In this document: piece after piece, positions 51,097 to 64,000 of the stretch | Layout of the letters: the number at the start of each line of letters is the position of its first letter | Position numbering within the stretch: position 1 is the first letter of the stretch | NCBI GenBank assembly: GCA_013265495.1 | Contig: MU058009.1 | Span: 1,056,001 to 1,120,000 of the forward strand | DNA from: Vicugna vicugna | Taxonomy: Eukaryota | DNA: 64,000 bases | Reading direction: 5' to 3' | Notes under the pieces: model-generated | Told to the model about the DNA's origin: nothing | Databases searched by the model: none | Seen by the model: the letters and a program-made list of their open reading frames with translations, nothing else | Translations under genes and position numbers: made by a program

Positions 51097-54000
51097 CCAG
51101 GAAGTATGATGTTAACTCTGAGGGTTTTTTCGGTAGATGCTCTTTTACCAAGTTGAGGAAGTTCCCTTCTGACTCTAGCTTATTGACTATATCATGAAAA
51201 GATTTTTGATTTTCTCAAATGCTTTTTTTCAGTCTATTGAATAATCGTGTGATTTTTGTTTTTTATTCTATCAATATGGTCTTCTCCATTAATTACTTTT
51301 CATATGTTAGAACAAACTTGCATTGCTGGGATAAGTGTCACTTGATCATTGTCTGTAATTCTTTCTATATGCTATTGGATTTTGTTAAGAATTTTTGCAT
51401 ACATCTTCATAAGAGATTTGGGGCTGTAGTTTTCTCATGACGTATTTGTCTAGTTTGGGCATCAGGTAATAGACTGAGTTGGGAAATGTTTTATCCTCAT
51501 ACTTTGTGGAAGTGTTTGTGAAGAATTGATGTTAATCATTTGTTAGAATTCATCAGTAAGGCCACGTGTCCCTGGGCTTGCCTTTGTGGGTAGGTTTATT
51601 GCTACTTCAGTGTAAGTCTACTCAGATAGGCTATTTCTTTTTGAGTTAGTTTTAATAGTTTATATCATTCAATGAATCGGTTCATTCCATTAAATGTATC
51701 TAGTTTATTATTCAGTGTCCCTTTATAATTATTTTTATTTTTCTAAGCTTATTAGTAATGGCCCTCCTTTCAGTGTTAATTTTAGTAATTTTGGTCTTCA
51801 TGTAAAAGATTTCTTGAGCTATAATTGATGTACAAAAAGGCACATTTAACACGTATATATTGAGTCTTCTTTTTTTTCTTGGTCAGTCTAGTTAAATATT
51901 TGTAAATTTTGTTAACCTTTTCAAGGAATCAATGTTTGTTTCTTTTGATTTCCTCTTACTGTTTTCCTATTCTTTATTTCATTTATTCCATTATAATCAA
52001 TATTATGCTCTTCCTTACGTTTGCTCTAAGGTTAGTTTGCTCTTTCTTTTCTACTTTGTTAAGGTAGAAATGAAAGTTATTGATTTGATTTCTGTCTTTT
52101 CTTAATATAAGCCTTTAAAATATAAATTTTAATATACATTTTGGTATGTTTTGTCTTCATTTTTATTGCTCTTAAAATATAAAGCATTTTCTAATTTCTT
52201 TCCTAATTTCCTCTTTGACTATTGATTACTTGAGTGCTTTTATTTATTTATGTGGTTGAGTTTCCCAAATTTCTTTTTGTTATTTATATCATGTTTCATT
52301 CTGTCATGCTTGGAGGATACATTTTCTATTATTTTCATCCCTTTAAGTTTACTGAAGTTTTTGTATGGCCTAACATATGGTATAACCTGGAGACTGTTCA
52401 TACACACTTGAGAAGAATGTATTTTCTGCTGTTGTTGGTGAAAAGTGGGGTAAAGTCCCTAAGTATCATTCAGAACTACCTAGTTCTCCCTTCAACCCAT
52501 CAATGTTTGCTCTACTTACTTTATTTTCTATTATTAAATGCATATGTTTATAATTGCTATGTATTCCTGAAGTATTATCCTTTTTATTATTATTAACTAT
52601 CCCATTTTATCTCTGGTAACTTTTTGTTTTGAAGTCGACATTGTTTGAGATTTGCCTAATCTAACTGACAGGCATTCTGGCTTTCTTGTGGTTGATGTTT
52701 GCATGATGTATCTTTCCCCATCCTTTTACATTAGATCTATTTGTATCTTTGAATCAGAAGTGTATCTCCTGTAAACATCAGATAGTTAGATCTTAATTTT
52801 ATGCAAATTGGCAATCTCTTCCTTTTGATTGGATTATTTATTCCATTCACATTTAGTGTTATTATTGATACAGTGGGGTTTACATCTACCGTTTTATTTT
52901 CTATGTTTTTTTCCTCCAGCATGTTTACTATGTTACTTCACTACCTTCTGGTCTTTATTGTCACTATTGAGAAGTCAGCTCTGCCTAGGTGTGGCTTTAT
53001 TTGCAGTTTTCATACATGAAATTCATACAGCTCCTTAAAATGTGTCTTTATTTCTTTAATAAGTTTTGAAAAATTCTCAGACACTATTTTTTCAAATATT
53101 GTATCTTTTTTGTCTTTTGCTGTTTTAATTACACACATGTTAAACTTCTCATGTGTCTCAGAATATTCTGCCACCCTGTGGGCTTTTGTCTGAATATGTT
53201 TTACTTAACACATCTTCCAATTTAACAATGTTCTCTTTTATATTGTCTACCCTCTTCATCCATTCATCTATTGAAGTATTGTTTTAATGATTATATTTTA
53301 TTTCTATTTTTTCATTTCACTGTGTCATTTATAGATAATAGTTCCCTGAGGGAATTCTGTATCTTATCATTAATTAGTTGAATATTTTATAGGTAGTTAT
53401 TTTAAAGTCTGTGTCAAATATATCCTGTGTTTAGCAATGCTAACAATTCTCTTCAGATTACTATTTTTTTCCTTTCTACCAGCTGTCAGTTATTTCTGTA
53501 TCCTGGTATTTCTGATAATTTTTATTTGAATAATGAACATTATGTTTGGAAAATTGTATAGCTTTTGGATAATGTTTTTTCCCTCCAGGGAGAATTTAAT
53601 TTTCTTCTGACTAGCAGTTAGAGAGGGCGCACACCAAGTTTATTTACTGAGGGACTGAGATGATAAGATAATGAATTTCAGACTTTTGATAGTGGTCTTA
53701 TTTTTAGTTTGTTTTTAATTTCCAAGACCTATTGATTCACCCTTCTGAAATAAAAGCTGGGGATATTTCCAGGGACCATCCTCCAGGAAGGGCTCTGAAT
53801 TACAATTTTTGATCCCTCTGCTCTATTACACTGCCAAAAGCTCTGCTTAGCTTTTTATCTTCTTGGAAACAACTTTCTTTATTTTTTTCTCTCTTGCTCC
53901 CACGTAATATAGGATACAGCAAAGCTTTGAGAACAAAAGTCACACAGAATGTTTATCTCACATCGTTTTACTGTCCTTTTTCTCCATGCTTTTGGTCCCA

Positions 54001-54260
54001 CAAATATGGCTCATTTGTTAGCCATACTCCTTAACAGTTGGTTTCCTCTGTCCTGTGCTGTTTCCAAAAGGATTTTGTCTGCTGTGTTCTGTTTTCCCTC
54101 TACGTCTCATGCTATGCGCTGGAAAATCCCCAAAAGGAAGAGGCAGTGAAGACATTTTTTTCCTAATTCAATATGTCCTCCACTCACTTGCTCTTTAAAA
54201 AGCTATTCTCCTCTGAAGGATTTACCTGATGCAAACCACTCCACCATACCCAAAAGAAGA
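51097..54260 (-). mobile_element. Old L1 ORF2 (RT to EN), ORF1 and 5' fragments
   Basis: The reverse ORF at 52737-52922 contains NPTVSIITLNVNGINNPIKRKRL (L1 endonuclease N-terminus). ORF1/5'-like T-rich sequence continues to about 54260. Confidence 0.85.
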
Positions 54261-57200
54261 AATCTGTTATCTTTTCAATGACATTTGTTCTTCTCAGCTC
54301 TTCTGACAGAAACCATGTATCATCTATATTTTATTTGATTGGTATGATGAGTTAGGCCAGGACCCTGAATTTCTGAATCTTTATCCAACTTACTGTTTTG
54401 GGACCTAGAAGATGATACATTCAGAAACAAGCTATTTCCAAGCTGCAGAATACTCTGGCCTCCATTAGATTCAAGTCATGTCTGCACAGGCTTACATAAT
54501 TCTCCTTTTTTCCTATTCTTCATCCTGTTTATCCCTTGACTTTCTCAACAGAAACATATCCATCCAAGATACAGGCATACTTTTTTTTTTTAAATCAGGT
54601 CCAAAGAATTTAAGTAGATTATTTAGAGAGATAAGTGTTCTAAGAAAGAGGAAACAATAAGAGAATATATAATTCATTTTAGAATTCTAAAGCCATTAAG
54701 CTTCTAATCATATGTAAGGCCTTCTCCAATGGATTAAACTAGAAGGTGTCTTGAATTATGAGATTATCAAAAATGTTATCCTTCTTCCTCCTTCTCCTCT
54801 GCATTCTTTCCTAAATTACCATTGAAGCATCTTTATTAGGAATCCAAGTGCATGTGGCTGTTTCACATAACATCCTTGTTCTTTAGTAGCATGTGGTCTG
54901 AAAGCAAATGTGAGATTGTGGGTAAGGACCAATTCACATGTACAGGAAGTGGAACAATTAGAGAGAAGATGCAGCAGCAAGATCCAAGCCTGTGAGTAAA
55001 TGAAATAATTCATTGTGCTGGTAATAAATTCAGCGTTCTGGCTTCATGCTGAGACAGTGAGTAGGGCCTAGCTGGGGAAGTAAATTTTCTCAGGGGGAAG
55101 GCTTCCTACTGCTCAAGACATAGGCATGAGTCAGCCTTGAAAATATTTGTCAAGACTCAGATGGTGTCTTCATATTTCTAAGTACTCAGGTCCATCTCTT
55201 TCCAATCCATCTACAGCTCTCTCTGCTCTTCCCCACGTTAAAGCTCATACTGAGATCTTCCCCCGCCCATGGTATAATTATGTTACTAAGTATGAAGAAC
55301 CATTTAATGTTAGAACAAGAAGAAAGCTTATTTATCATATTGTCCGGGGATGAAAGCTAGGTTTTATCTCACACACCAGCCCCACTCAATCAAAAGTGAT
55401 TATGTGGAAAGCTGAGCTGAGAAGGTTGTAATTCTATGTTCGAAGTCAGTACAAGAGTGGACAGCGGATAATGATTTATAACAAGAATATAGACTAGGGA
55501 ATTAGCATCCCATATGCACCAGACATGATTCTACTGCTAATTACAGAAGGTTCTAGAAGATCCTCCAAGTCATTGGTTGGTCTCAAGGATGCTCATACCT
55601 GTGCAAGTTGTTGGCAGGGACCCTCTGCGTATCCCCCCTCTTACTGAGACCAGCTGTGTGCTGTACAGAAACCCACCTGCAGAGAGCTCTGCCTCACTGA
55701 TGTCTCCGAGCCAGACCACTAGAACTGGGGCTCTGCCTGTGTACTTTCTAAAGGGGAAGTCCCGTCTGGGGAGAGGCGACCCTGCAGGTGTTCGCCAGGG
55801 CCTTGAAACCAAAGAAATCCCAGACATTGAACATAAGGTGACACTGCCACAAGAATCAGTTGTGGCCACTGATTTCAAACTTGTGAAAAAATAATAGCAA
55901 TATCTGTCTCACTGGTGGTGATATTAAGTCATAGTTTATACATAACTTCTTCAGTACTGTTTGTATTAAATTACAGTATCTTAAACATCATAGCTTATTG
56001 TGCTGCAGACCCAACATACATCTGAGTAGTGAATACTTTACACTGATGCTGCGTGTTTAACAATCATGTGAATCCCCAGACGTGACTTAGAGCAAAATCT
56101 CTAAGCAACACCTTTGTGAAGCTGTTTAAGGGTGAGAGAGGAAGTTTGTCCATTTTCCCTGTTTATGAGCATCTTCATCAGCTGCTCTTAAAAGCTCAAC
56201 TGGTATCTGTAATATCTCTTTAATTATAGGGCAGTGATTCTCAAATTTGTGTGTTTCAAGATTTATTTCAAAGGAAGTTATCTCTTGCATACCTCCAGAA
56301 TACAGCCATGGATCTTAGTGTGGGAAACACGGACTGAAGAAAACAAAGACTTACACTTTAAAAATGTCTTTTGATAAAAAAATTATCATTGTACAGTAGT
56401 TTTGCAGAGTAAAAGTAAATTCTGTAAGTTCCATTAAAAAGTAAGTTTTATAAGATTATCACTGAAATAAATCACAAAACAAAACAAAACTCAGAGTGGA
56501 TCTTTGAATATATGTTGGTGAACCTCAATTTGAGAAAGCGTGTTTTAAGGTTTATCAAGTACAGATCTATCACCTTATTTAATTCTTGTATCAATCTCAT
56601 GTAATACATAATATTATCTTCCCAGAATCACCTGCATGATCACTGGTACTAATGATATTTTAGCTCTAATTTTATAACTTCAGTTTCACTAATAACATAT
56701 TCTTTCTAAGAATAAGTAATATTTTCTTACTGCTTAAAAGTTGATAAATCTCTCTTATATAACCCATCACATGTGGGTTTCATAACAATCTACAAGATCA
56801 TAGGCTGGATATTATTTCTGTGAGAAACAAAGGTAAGGTTAATGTTTTTTTTTGTTTTGGGTTTTTTTTGGTTTTTTGTTTCTGCTTTTCCTAAGCTCAG
56901 TGCCTTAGTTCATTAAGAAGAATCTCTTTTACCCTGTCATTTACTTTCAGTCATTTGATTATGCAGTATTATCCTAAATAAATAAGTCAGCAGGTATTTA
57001 ATAAGTCCTATTGTATGTTTAATTCTGAATAACACTCAACTGGTCTAAAATAGTATTTCCCAGAGTAGGATGCAACAAAACAAAACAAAACAAAACAACA
57101 AAAATCAAACCAAACCAAATCAAGCCAAAACACTAGGCATTCTGCCTTGCAAAGAAAAAGAGAGAGAGAGAGAGAGAGGCTGGTTTATGACAAAAGCTAA

Positions 57201-57752
57201 TTGTTTATCAACTTTGAAGATTCATAATACTACCTCAAAATCTGAGAGATGTACAGTATAAATCTGCTTATTTCACTCAGTATTTCTCAAACTTATTTAC
57301 TCCCATGTATACGCGTGTATTTCAGTCTAGAAGTGTATGCCACTTCTATAGGGGCTCATGGCTAATTCATAATGACCAAAGAACACACGACTTGAAGGCT
57401 GGTGCCATAACATATTTCAGAGCATCTTTCTGAAGCCTCATATGACCCAAGCCCTTCCATTACCTGAGATGTTTCTCGGCCCAGTTGCAGCCTCTCATTC
57501 ACTGAACCAAGATTGAGATAGTTTTTAACAACATCTTTCTTCCGACAAGTGCAACCCAAGCAAGAATTTGTGTTCTTCCATATGTTATCATGTGTTTTCA
57601 CCTTATTAAAGGGTAAACTCAGTGCTACTTAGTAAGCAATGTAACAAGCAGATCTTTTGAGTAAACTAATGAACCGTCCAGCATTGCAAAACATTGCAGG
57701 AGAGGCTTCTGCACAATAAGTGTTAAATAGGTGTTAGTCATTATTTTTTTTA

Positions 57753-57757
<5 letters not shown>

Positions 57758-57802
<45 letters not shown>
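57758..57802. repeat. (ATT)15 microsatellite
   Basis: Perfect trinucleotide run. Confidence 0.97.
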
Positions 57803-57805
<3 letters not shown>

Positions 57806-60689
57806 TTATGCAGTGCAGGTGTTTTGAACACTTGAATACATATTGTATTTTCATAAATGAAATATATTTAAACACTGTAGTGCAGTTGGATGCCTAATGG
57901 AACCACAGCTAAAATTTTTGCAAAATTAAAATTGACTATTATTTGCAATAGGAGTATAATCCCCACGCCAATCAAATATTTATATATTTCCTATCACTTT
58001 GAGTATTCTGGAAATGGGGGTATAACAGAATTATGCTAGGGCCTCTATATATGGTGTATAATGCACAAAATGGGAAAAGAAAGAAGCAGTGGATAACTGA
58101 CTCTTAAGTGACAGAAACAGAAAACACGAGGTGTGATTGTGACCACAAGGGGAATGTCAGAACATTTGGAAATTATTTCCCTTCAGGAAGATCTTTCTGA
58201 AATTCTGCAGCATGTTTTATTGTTGAGATGTTTTTCATGGACATACCCCCAGTGTCCTACGCTCCAGGTATCCATTCTCTGGGCTTCGCAAAGGTCTTTA
58301 CATGCTTGTTATACACAGATGACATTTTCATCCTGGAAATGTATTGTCTCCATAACTGAACACCTGCCACAAGGCACAACATTAGACTCAGAGCATGCAT
58401 TCAAATATCCTAGAGTCAATATATTAGAAGTTATCAGAACATGTTGCTCAAAAACAGAAAAATTAATCAAAATGTCCAATTTTAGCTTTGCAAGCAACAG
58501 CAGGGCACGACAGACTGCAGAACTGATTAGTTACTTATTAAATAAGAGCAGTGGTGACAGAGTTTTAAAAAATCAAACCAGCCTAACAGAGCTCCCAGCA
58601 AAAAGGAAAAACCCAAGCACGCGGTGGGCTGTAGACACAGCAGGGCGCCGTCTGTGAAAGGTGGCAGGGACAAAGGTTTTTGCTGATGCTGCGTCTGTAA
58701 ACGTTTATATTTTGCGGGCTTAAAGAGTTGCTGTGATTTGTTCTACTTTCTGTGATCTTAGTCCCTGGAGAAATGTACCTACTTGCTCTGAGAGGGTACC
58801 AGGAAAATCAAGGACCCTCAGGGCCTTAAAGCAGGTCCAGAAAGTCCTCCTCTATCTGGCACAGACTTGGCTACTGAGCAGCCAAGATGCAATGAAACTT
58901 GACCACGAGTAAAGCCATCGGGCAGCATCACCAGATGATGTTACTGGCCTGTTCACAGCAAACAAGTAAGTGAGAGTTTTAAATAGGTGTGATCTCATCT
59001 ACTACTAAGGTCACACACGTATCAGTGCTCACCATCAGTGGTTGGCAACAACTAGCTGATAAAGTTGGATCAGCAATTTCCAGAAGTTAGACAGTACAAG
59101 CTCAGGAACTGTGCAGCTAGCCGCCTTCTGTGAGATGAGAGCTCATGTATGTGGGATGTTGCCTATGAACTCTGAACACCGGTATCCAACTTCAAAAGGA
59201 GATTATTGAAGAGGTAGTGCATAAAGCTTCCTGTAGGGCTTAGCATCGTCTTGGTCTTAGGGCTAAACATACAATCGCTGTTTATTTAACGCCTTTTATT
59301 TTACCATCCATAGTTTCCTCTTTGAGCATTAGAAAGAATCAACATCTGTCTTTTGGCATCAAGTCGAATCCCACAAGGCAAGTGAAAAACAAACAAACGA
59401 ACAAACAAACAACATGCAAGCAAAAGAGTTAAAGAGAGTGCCATGTCTACAGATTCCCTCTATGCTGATAATTCTTCCAAATGGATGCATCATGTTATGA
59501 AGAACTCATCCCCAGGTTCCCACATGCCCTGAAAGAGGTTGGATGTCTTTACAAAGACGTTCATCTACGTTAGGTGTTCATTATGAGTCTAGGTTTGGGA
59601 AATGAAGGCTGTTTATATCTCAGAGTGCCTTCTAGTCAAGCTCTTCTCCACCACTAATTGGCATGACCTTGGCTGTGTCTGCTCTTGACTATCCTTGACA
59701 TCCATCTGCTATGAAGATGAATTAGTTATTTAGGTAGCAATCAGCTTTCCCGGTTTGGCCAAAGTGCATCCATTTCTCTTCAGTCCTATTAAGCTGGGAA
59801 TGAACTTTCAAGCTAATGCACAGGGCAGTCACTACCACTCTGGAGGTGCCAGACACCTAAATATTTTGTATTCACTAATAAAAAACTTCTTTCTAAAATA
59901 AGAGAAATAGATAGAAAAAAAAAAAAAACGGGAGGAGGGACGATGGGGGAAAAGTCAATAAAGACCTGGAGATTCAATTAAGAGTTTAGGGATCTGCCAG
60001 TTTTATTGGCTCCAGCTCTGACTTATATGGCTGAGGTCAGCAAGTGGCCAATGTGGAGGGAAGTAGGAAGAGCAGAGAAATTGCATCCATCAGGGTCTAG
60101 ATACAGGAAACACTGAGTCTCTTGAATGGGTAACAAGAATGATTGTCTATAAAGACAGGAAAATCACAGTTTATTCCAGGAAGAGGATAAACTTCTCTGG
60201 AGCGCTGTAACCAGCCTGAAGGAATCTTCCACTGCTACCTGGCATGCCAAGCTTACAAGAGATGACTTCCTCTCCCCATCTACACAAACACACAATACTT
60301 AGAGAGAGAAGAGTTTTGTTGTCCATGCCTGACTTAAGACATCATCTGAAGTATTTGGAATTTGCATTTAGTAACAAAGTATGAAATGGTGCCAAATTTT
60401 TGGAATGTGATCTTTGTTCATTAGGGGAGGAAAAAATATTTTAAGAAAATGTTAGGCACTGGAATTTGTCCACAGGCACTGACAGATATTCTGGAATGTC
60501 CACAGAGCAGCATCCTTGGGTAAATACCATAGTCAAAATTTTAGAGCTAAAAAAAAAAAAAAATGGAGGCTAAGTGGGATGGCCACCTTGCTTGAAGTAA
60601 TCCAGGCGTTATCACTCCACATCCCAGTCTTCTGATTTTAGAGTATACTCCTGTCGCTACACATCCATGCACAAAAGAAAAAAAATGGC

Positions 60690-60800
60690 ATTGATTGAGC
60701 ACCTACTATTTGGCAGTCAGTGTTCTTGAACTGACACAGGGGGACCAACAGCGAATAAAACAGACAAACCTCTGTGGTTTCACAGATCTAACCTTCCACA
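60690..60800 (-). mobile_element. L2 3' end
   Basis: attgagcacctactatttggcag...cagcgaataaaacagacaaacctct. Confidence 0.7.
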
Positions 60801-61634
60801 GCATCTCCCCTGACCTGCTTGTTTTTCTCCTTAAGACTTGAGGACAATAGATTGGCTGCATTTTTTGTTTTGCTGGCTTGTTTGTGTTTGTTTTTGTCAA
60901 GGTTTCTTTCTGATTGCCTTGGGTCACATTATGCTCAAGAGAGTCATGTTGGATTTGGTTTCACCCAATTATTTATTTTTAAACGCCTATTATGTGTGAG
61001 TGACTAGACCAGGCCCTGGAGATGTACGAATAAAACTATGACCATGGCACTTGAGAATAGGATGCCTCATAGAGATTTTAAGGAAATAATAAGGATTCTG
61101 ATTTAATCTAGTGGGTTGAACAAGTGTTTATCACATCTCCTCTTAAAGCATCATTATTGTGAAGTAAAAGTTTTATGAAAAGCATAAGGCCTCAAGGACA
61201 AAGTTAATAAGACAGAAAACAATAGAAGATAAAGGATACGATTACGTGTTTACAAAGAGAAAACAGTTGGATGAGAGAAAACTAACGTATCTGAAAGGGG
61301 AAAGCAGAAAGTTCAGTGCTCTAGGGGTAGACAGGCCAGTGTGTGTTTCAGAACCCTGGAAAGACCCAAAAGTTGAAGGATGAAACAGGTCAGAAGTTAA
61401 ATTGACGGTTGGGACAGTGAACAGGAGGCATTTCACTCCTAGATCTCATCTCTCACTCCCACAGCTGAGGACACCACATTCCTCGCAGAATACTGCAGTT
61501 TCACTCTCTAAAGGAGGTGAATTGGAGAGAATGTTTTGGGGACAGTGACACGGCTATGAGTGAAGGGCAATGTTGAAGTCATGCAAATTAAGTAACAGCC
61601 TCCCTTGAACCCCTTCTCCGCGCAGATCCGTTCC

Positions 61635-62285
61635 TGTGTTAGACAGACTCTGCAGTGAGCAGCTTCTGACTTGCACTTAATAGTCCCCCTTTCCTGGTAC
61701 CCAAGTCCTCTGGGTCACTCCTTCCCTAGGGTGTGGGCTGGGCTTGGGGACTTGCTTCTAATGAATAGAATATGGCAAAGTGATGGAATGTCATGTCCAT
61801 CATTAAGTGACAGGAACTGTGACTTTGTCCTGCTGGCGCGATCACTGGTGCTTTCTTGACTTCCTGCTCCCTCAGCCTGATGAAGCAAGCTCTAAGGAGA
61901 GGGCCACTTAGAAGGAAACTCAGGGGGTTCTCTGTCCAGCAGTCTGTTAGGAATTGAATTCTACCAACAACTACATGAGTGAGATAGAAACAGAGCCTCC
62001 ACAGTTAAGCTTCAAGGTGACTACAAGCTTGTGGGGGTGGGGGGTGACAAAAGTCTCCTTTCCCAGGACGGGGGGGCTTCCTGGGATACAAAATGTTGAT
62101 GACTAAGGCCAGGAGAGTGTTGGGCAGACTGGGATGGTTGTTCATCCTACTTGTGAGGGACCCAGAGCCAGAAGTCCCAGCTAAGCAGCACCCGCATTCC
62201 TGAAGCTGTGAGACAGTAAATGTTGTTGTTCTAAGTCATTGATTTGGAGGCTAATTTGTTACACAGCAGTAAATAACTGAAATAT
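61635..62285 (+). mobile_element. MaLR LTR (MLT1E/F-like)
   Basis: Starts tgtgttagacag; contains gacttgcttctaatgaatagaatatggcaaagtgatgg; ends taatttgttacacagcagtaaataactgaaata. Confidence 0.85.
62038..62149. mobile_element. hAT-Blackjack MITE (MER81-like) nested in the MLT1 LTR
   Basis: Degenerate TIRs gggtgacaa / ttgttcatccta and an 8-bp TSD cttgtggg (62028-62035) / cttgtgag (62150-62157). Confidence 0.75.
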
Positions 62286-63344
62286 ACTCCCAGGCACAGA
62301 CAGCCAGAGTTACACCAACAAGGCAAGGTATCTGACTACTTCTCATGGTCAAATAATGACCATAAGAGAAAAGAGCTATCATTACCATGGTCAGCGGTTT
62401 TCCTAAGGAAATTCTAGGGTTCCTACCTGATTGTTCCATGATGATGTCTACCTCTTGTCAAGACCCACCTGTGCATACAGAGCTTTCTAAAATCACTTTA
62501 ACATTTCCCTTTTAAAGGAACTGACAACCAAGATTAAAATAAAATTTTAAAGAAGGCTTCTAATATAAAGGTCAAAAAACAAAGGAAATATACAGGAAAA
62601 AATTAGACGAAAGGGAGAGTCTAGAGAGCAAAATAAAGCTTCACCAGAATCACTAATGTCCCCATTAATATACTCAAAAATGTGAAAAAAAAAGAGTACA
62701 GTCATAAAATCAGAACAAATGCTATAAAAGGAGCATTAATAGAATAAATAATCTTGGGGTTGAAGAATATGAAAGATATTAAATCTTCACAGAACTGTTA
62801 AAAGATAAAGGCAACTTTCTCAGAAATCTGAATAAAGTGACAGAGTTGAAGTGATAAAAGAAGAAAGAGAATTAAATTAAAGCATCAGTCTAAGATTAAT
62901 AGGAATTCCAGACAATCAGAGAATTAAGAAAACAGAAGAAAATTATTCAATAGTTTTAAAAAATCCAACTTGAGAGGGGCCACCAAGAACGCCACACAAT
63001 AAATTTTTAAATAGACCCACATCATTAAAAAAAAAACTATAAAAGTAAAACCTATGTCACAAAATATTAGGACACTAGGAATAAAGACAATAACCTTTAA
63101 AAAATGCAGAGAAAAACTATACAAAATAGATCAAGAATCAAAATAGCATTACATTTCTCAATAGCACCATTGGATTATAGAACATAATGGAACAAAGCTT
63201 TAGTAATTCTCAAAGGAAATTATCAACAACCAGAATTCTGCCTCTGGAAAAAACTGAGAAGGAAACACCATTGTTTGAAGCAATTTGACAATGAAGTGTG
63301 AGAGACACCCGCGTAGGGTTGAGAAAGGTATTTTGGGGAGGTCA

Positions 63345-63720
63345 GTAGTGCTCACTGATATTTTGAGAACACCCCTCATTCTGGGCCCACAATCAGATAG
63401 CCCTGCCTGGCTCCCCCTGAGTTTCGATCTGGCCATGTGACTTCTTTGGCCATAAAATAAAAAAGGAAGTGACATGTTCCTCCTGTGCAGAGTCACTTAG
63501 AATTGGTGCACAGATCGTCATTCTCTCTTTGTCTGAAACATTAAGCCATGAAGCCCTGTGTTCAAATGATGGTGCCTCAATCTCTGAAGGGCTGGGATGA
63601 GGAGAGCTTTGGGACTACTCAGAATGGCCACGTGGAGGGGGTGGGAAGTAAATCTTACTTGTTTTAAGACATTAAAGTTTTTGAGCTATTGTCAGAGCAT
63701 TATTTAGACATCTTGATAAA
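63345..63720 (+). mobile_element. Old MaLR LTR (MLT1I/J-like)
   Basis: ggccatgtgacttctttggcca...ggaagtgacatg...cttgttttaagacattaaagttttg. Confidence 0.7.
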
Positions 63721-64000
63721 TGTGGCGTGTTGTCTGTGGACTTGTGTTTAAAATGAAGGTATATTTATATGTTTGTATGATACAAAACAAGCAAACAAAA
63801 CACAACTAAAGGGGTAATGGTAAAGCATCCGAGGCAGAAAGATGGATAGAGATACGGCAGAAAAAAAGAGCAGCTGAAGCACCACAGGCTAATGGAAGAA
63901 TTAACCTTCAACAGGAAGAGAAACACCTCATCCTTTGTGACAGAAGAGAATGAGCTAAAATGGAATAGAAATGCACTTACAGTAATCAATATGAGGTCAG

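Larger units (their letters stand above)
61200..63245 (+). mobile_element. Old L1ME-like 5' region and ORF1, interrupted by MLT1
   Basis: A-rich ORF1-like phrases (taataggaattccaga; agaatcaaaatagcattacatttctcaatagcaccattgga; caaccagaattct). Confidence 0.65.

Noticed and set aside
57625..57831. Poly-isoleucine ORF
   Set aside because: Produced by the (ATT)15 microsatellite.
58133..58657. Longest ORF in the window (174 aa)
   Set aside because: GTG start, no recognisable domain or convincing exon boundaries. Its length is compatible with chance, and a conservation test would be needed to revive it.
1..64000. CRISPR array, operon or prokaryotic/viral defence system
   Set aside because: No regularly spaced repeats or gene-dense segments. 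The sequence is mammalian repeat-rich DNA throughout.

Overview
This is mammalian genomic DNA, most likely camelid, judged from a tRNA-Ala-derived SINE at 577-713 and a camelid-type L1 3' end at about 45755. I found no intact protein-coding gene, RNA gene or CRISPR array, so the window reads as intergenic DNA or a large intron. It is dominated by decayed transposons: L1 of several ages on both strands, L2, MIR, MaLR/MLT LTRs, Tigger, mariner and hAT elements, and one clean ERV1-class solo LTR with a 4-bp target-site duplication (TSD). Four structures stand out. (1) At 17.3-18.5 kb there appear to be two nested retrocopies: a decayed, unidentified processed-pseudogene-like sequence whose poly(A) signal was hit by a polyadenylated, U5-less MLT1 LTR fragment. 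(2) A ~3.8 kb mosaic of L1 5' region, old L2-like DNA, internally deleted L1 ORF2 and an orphan gammaretroviral RT sits inside an L1MC-type 3' UTR, with microhomology and templated-insertion junctions. (3) An L1 fragment is inserted exactly at a Tigger transposase start codon. (4) Candidate regulatory sites include an orphan CpG island, a CTCF site with its upstream module, and a motif-dense unique block at about 43 kb. Repeat subfamily names come from remembered consensus sequences, not a search, and most boundaries are approximate.
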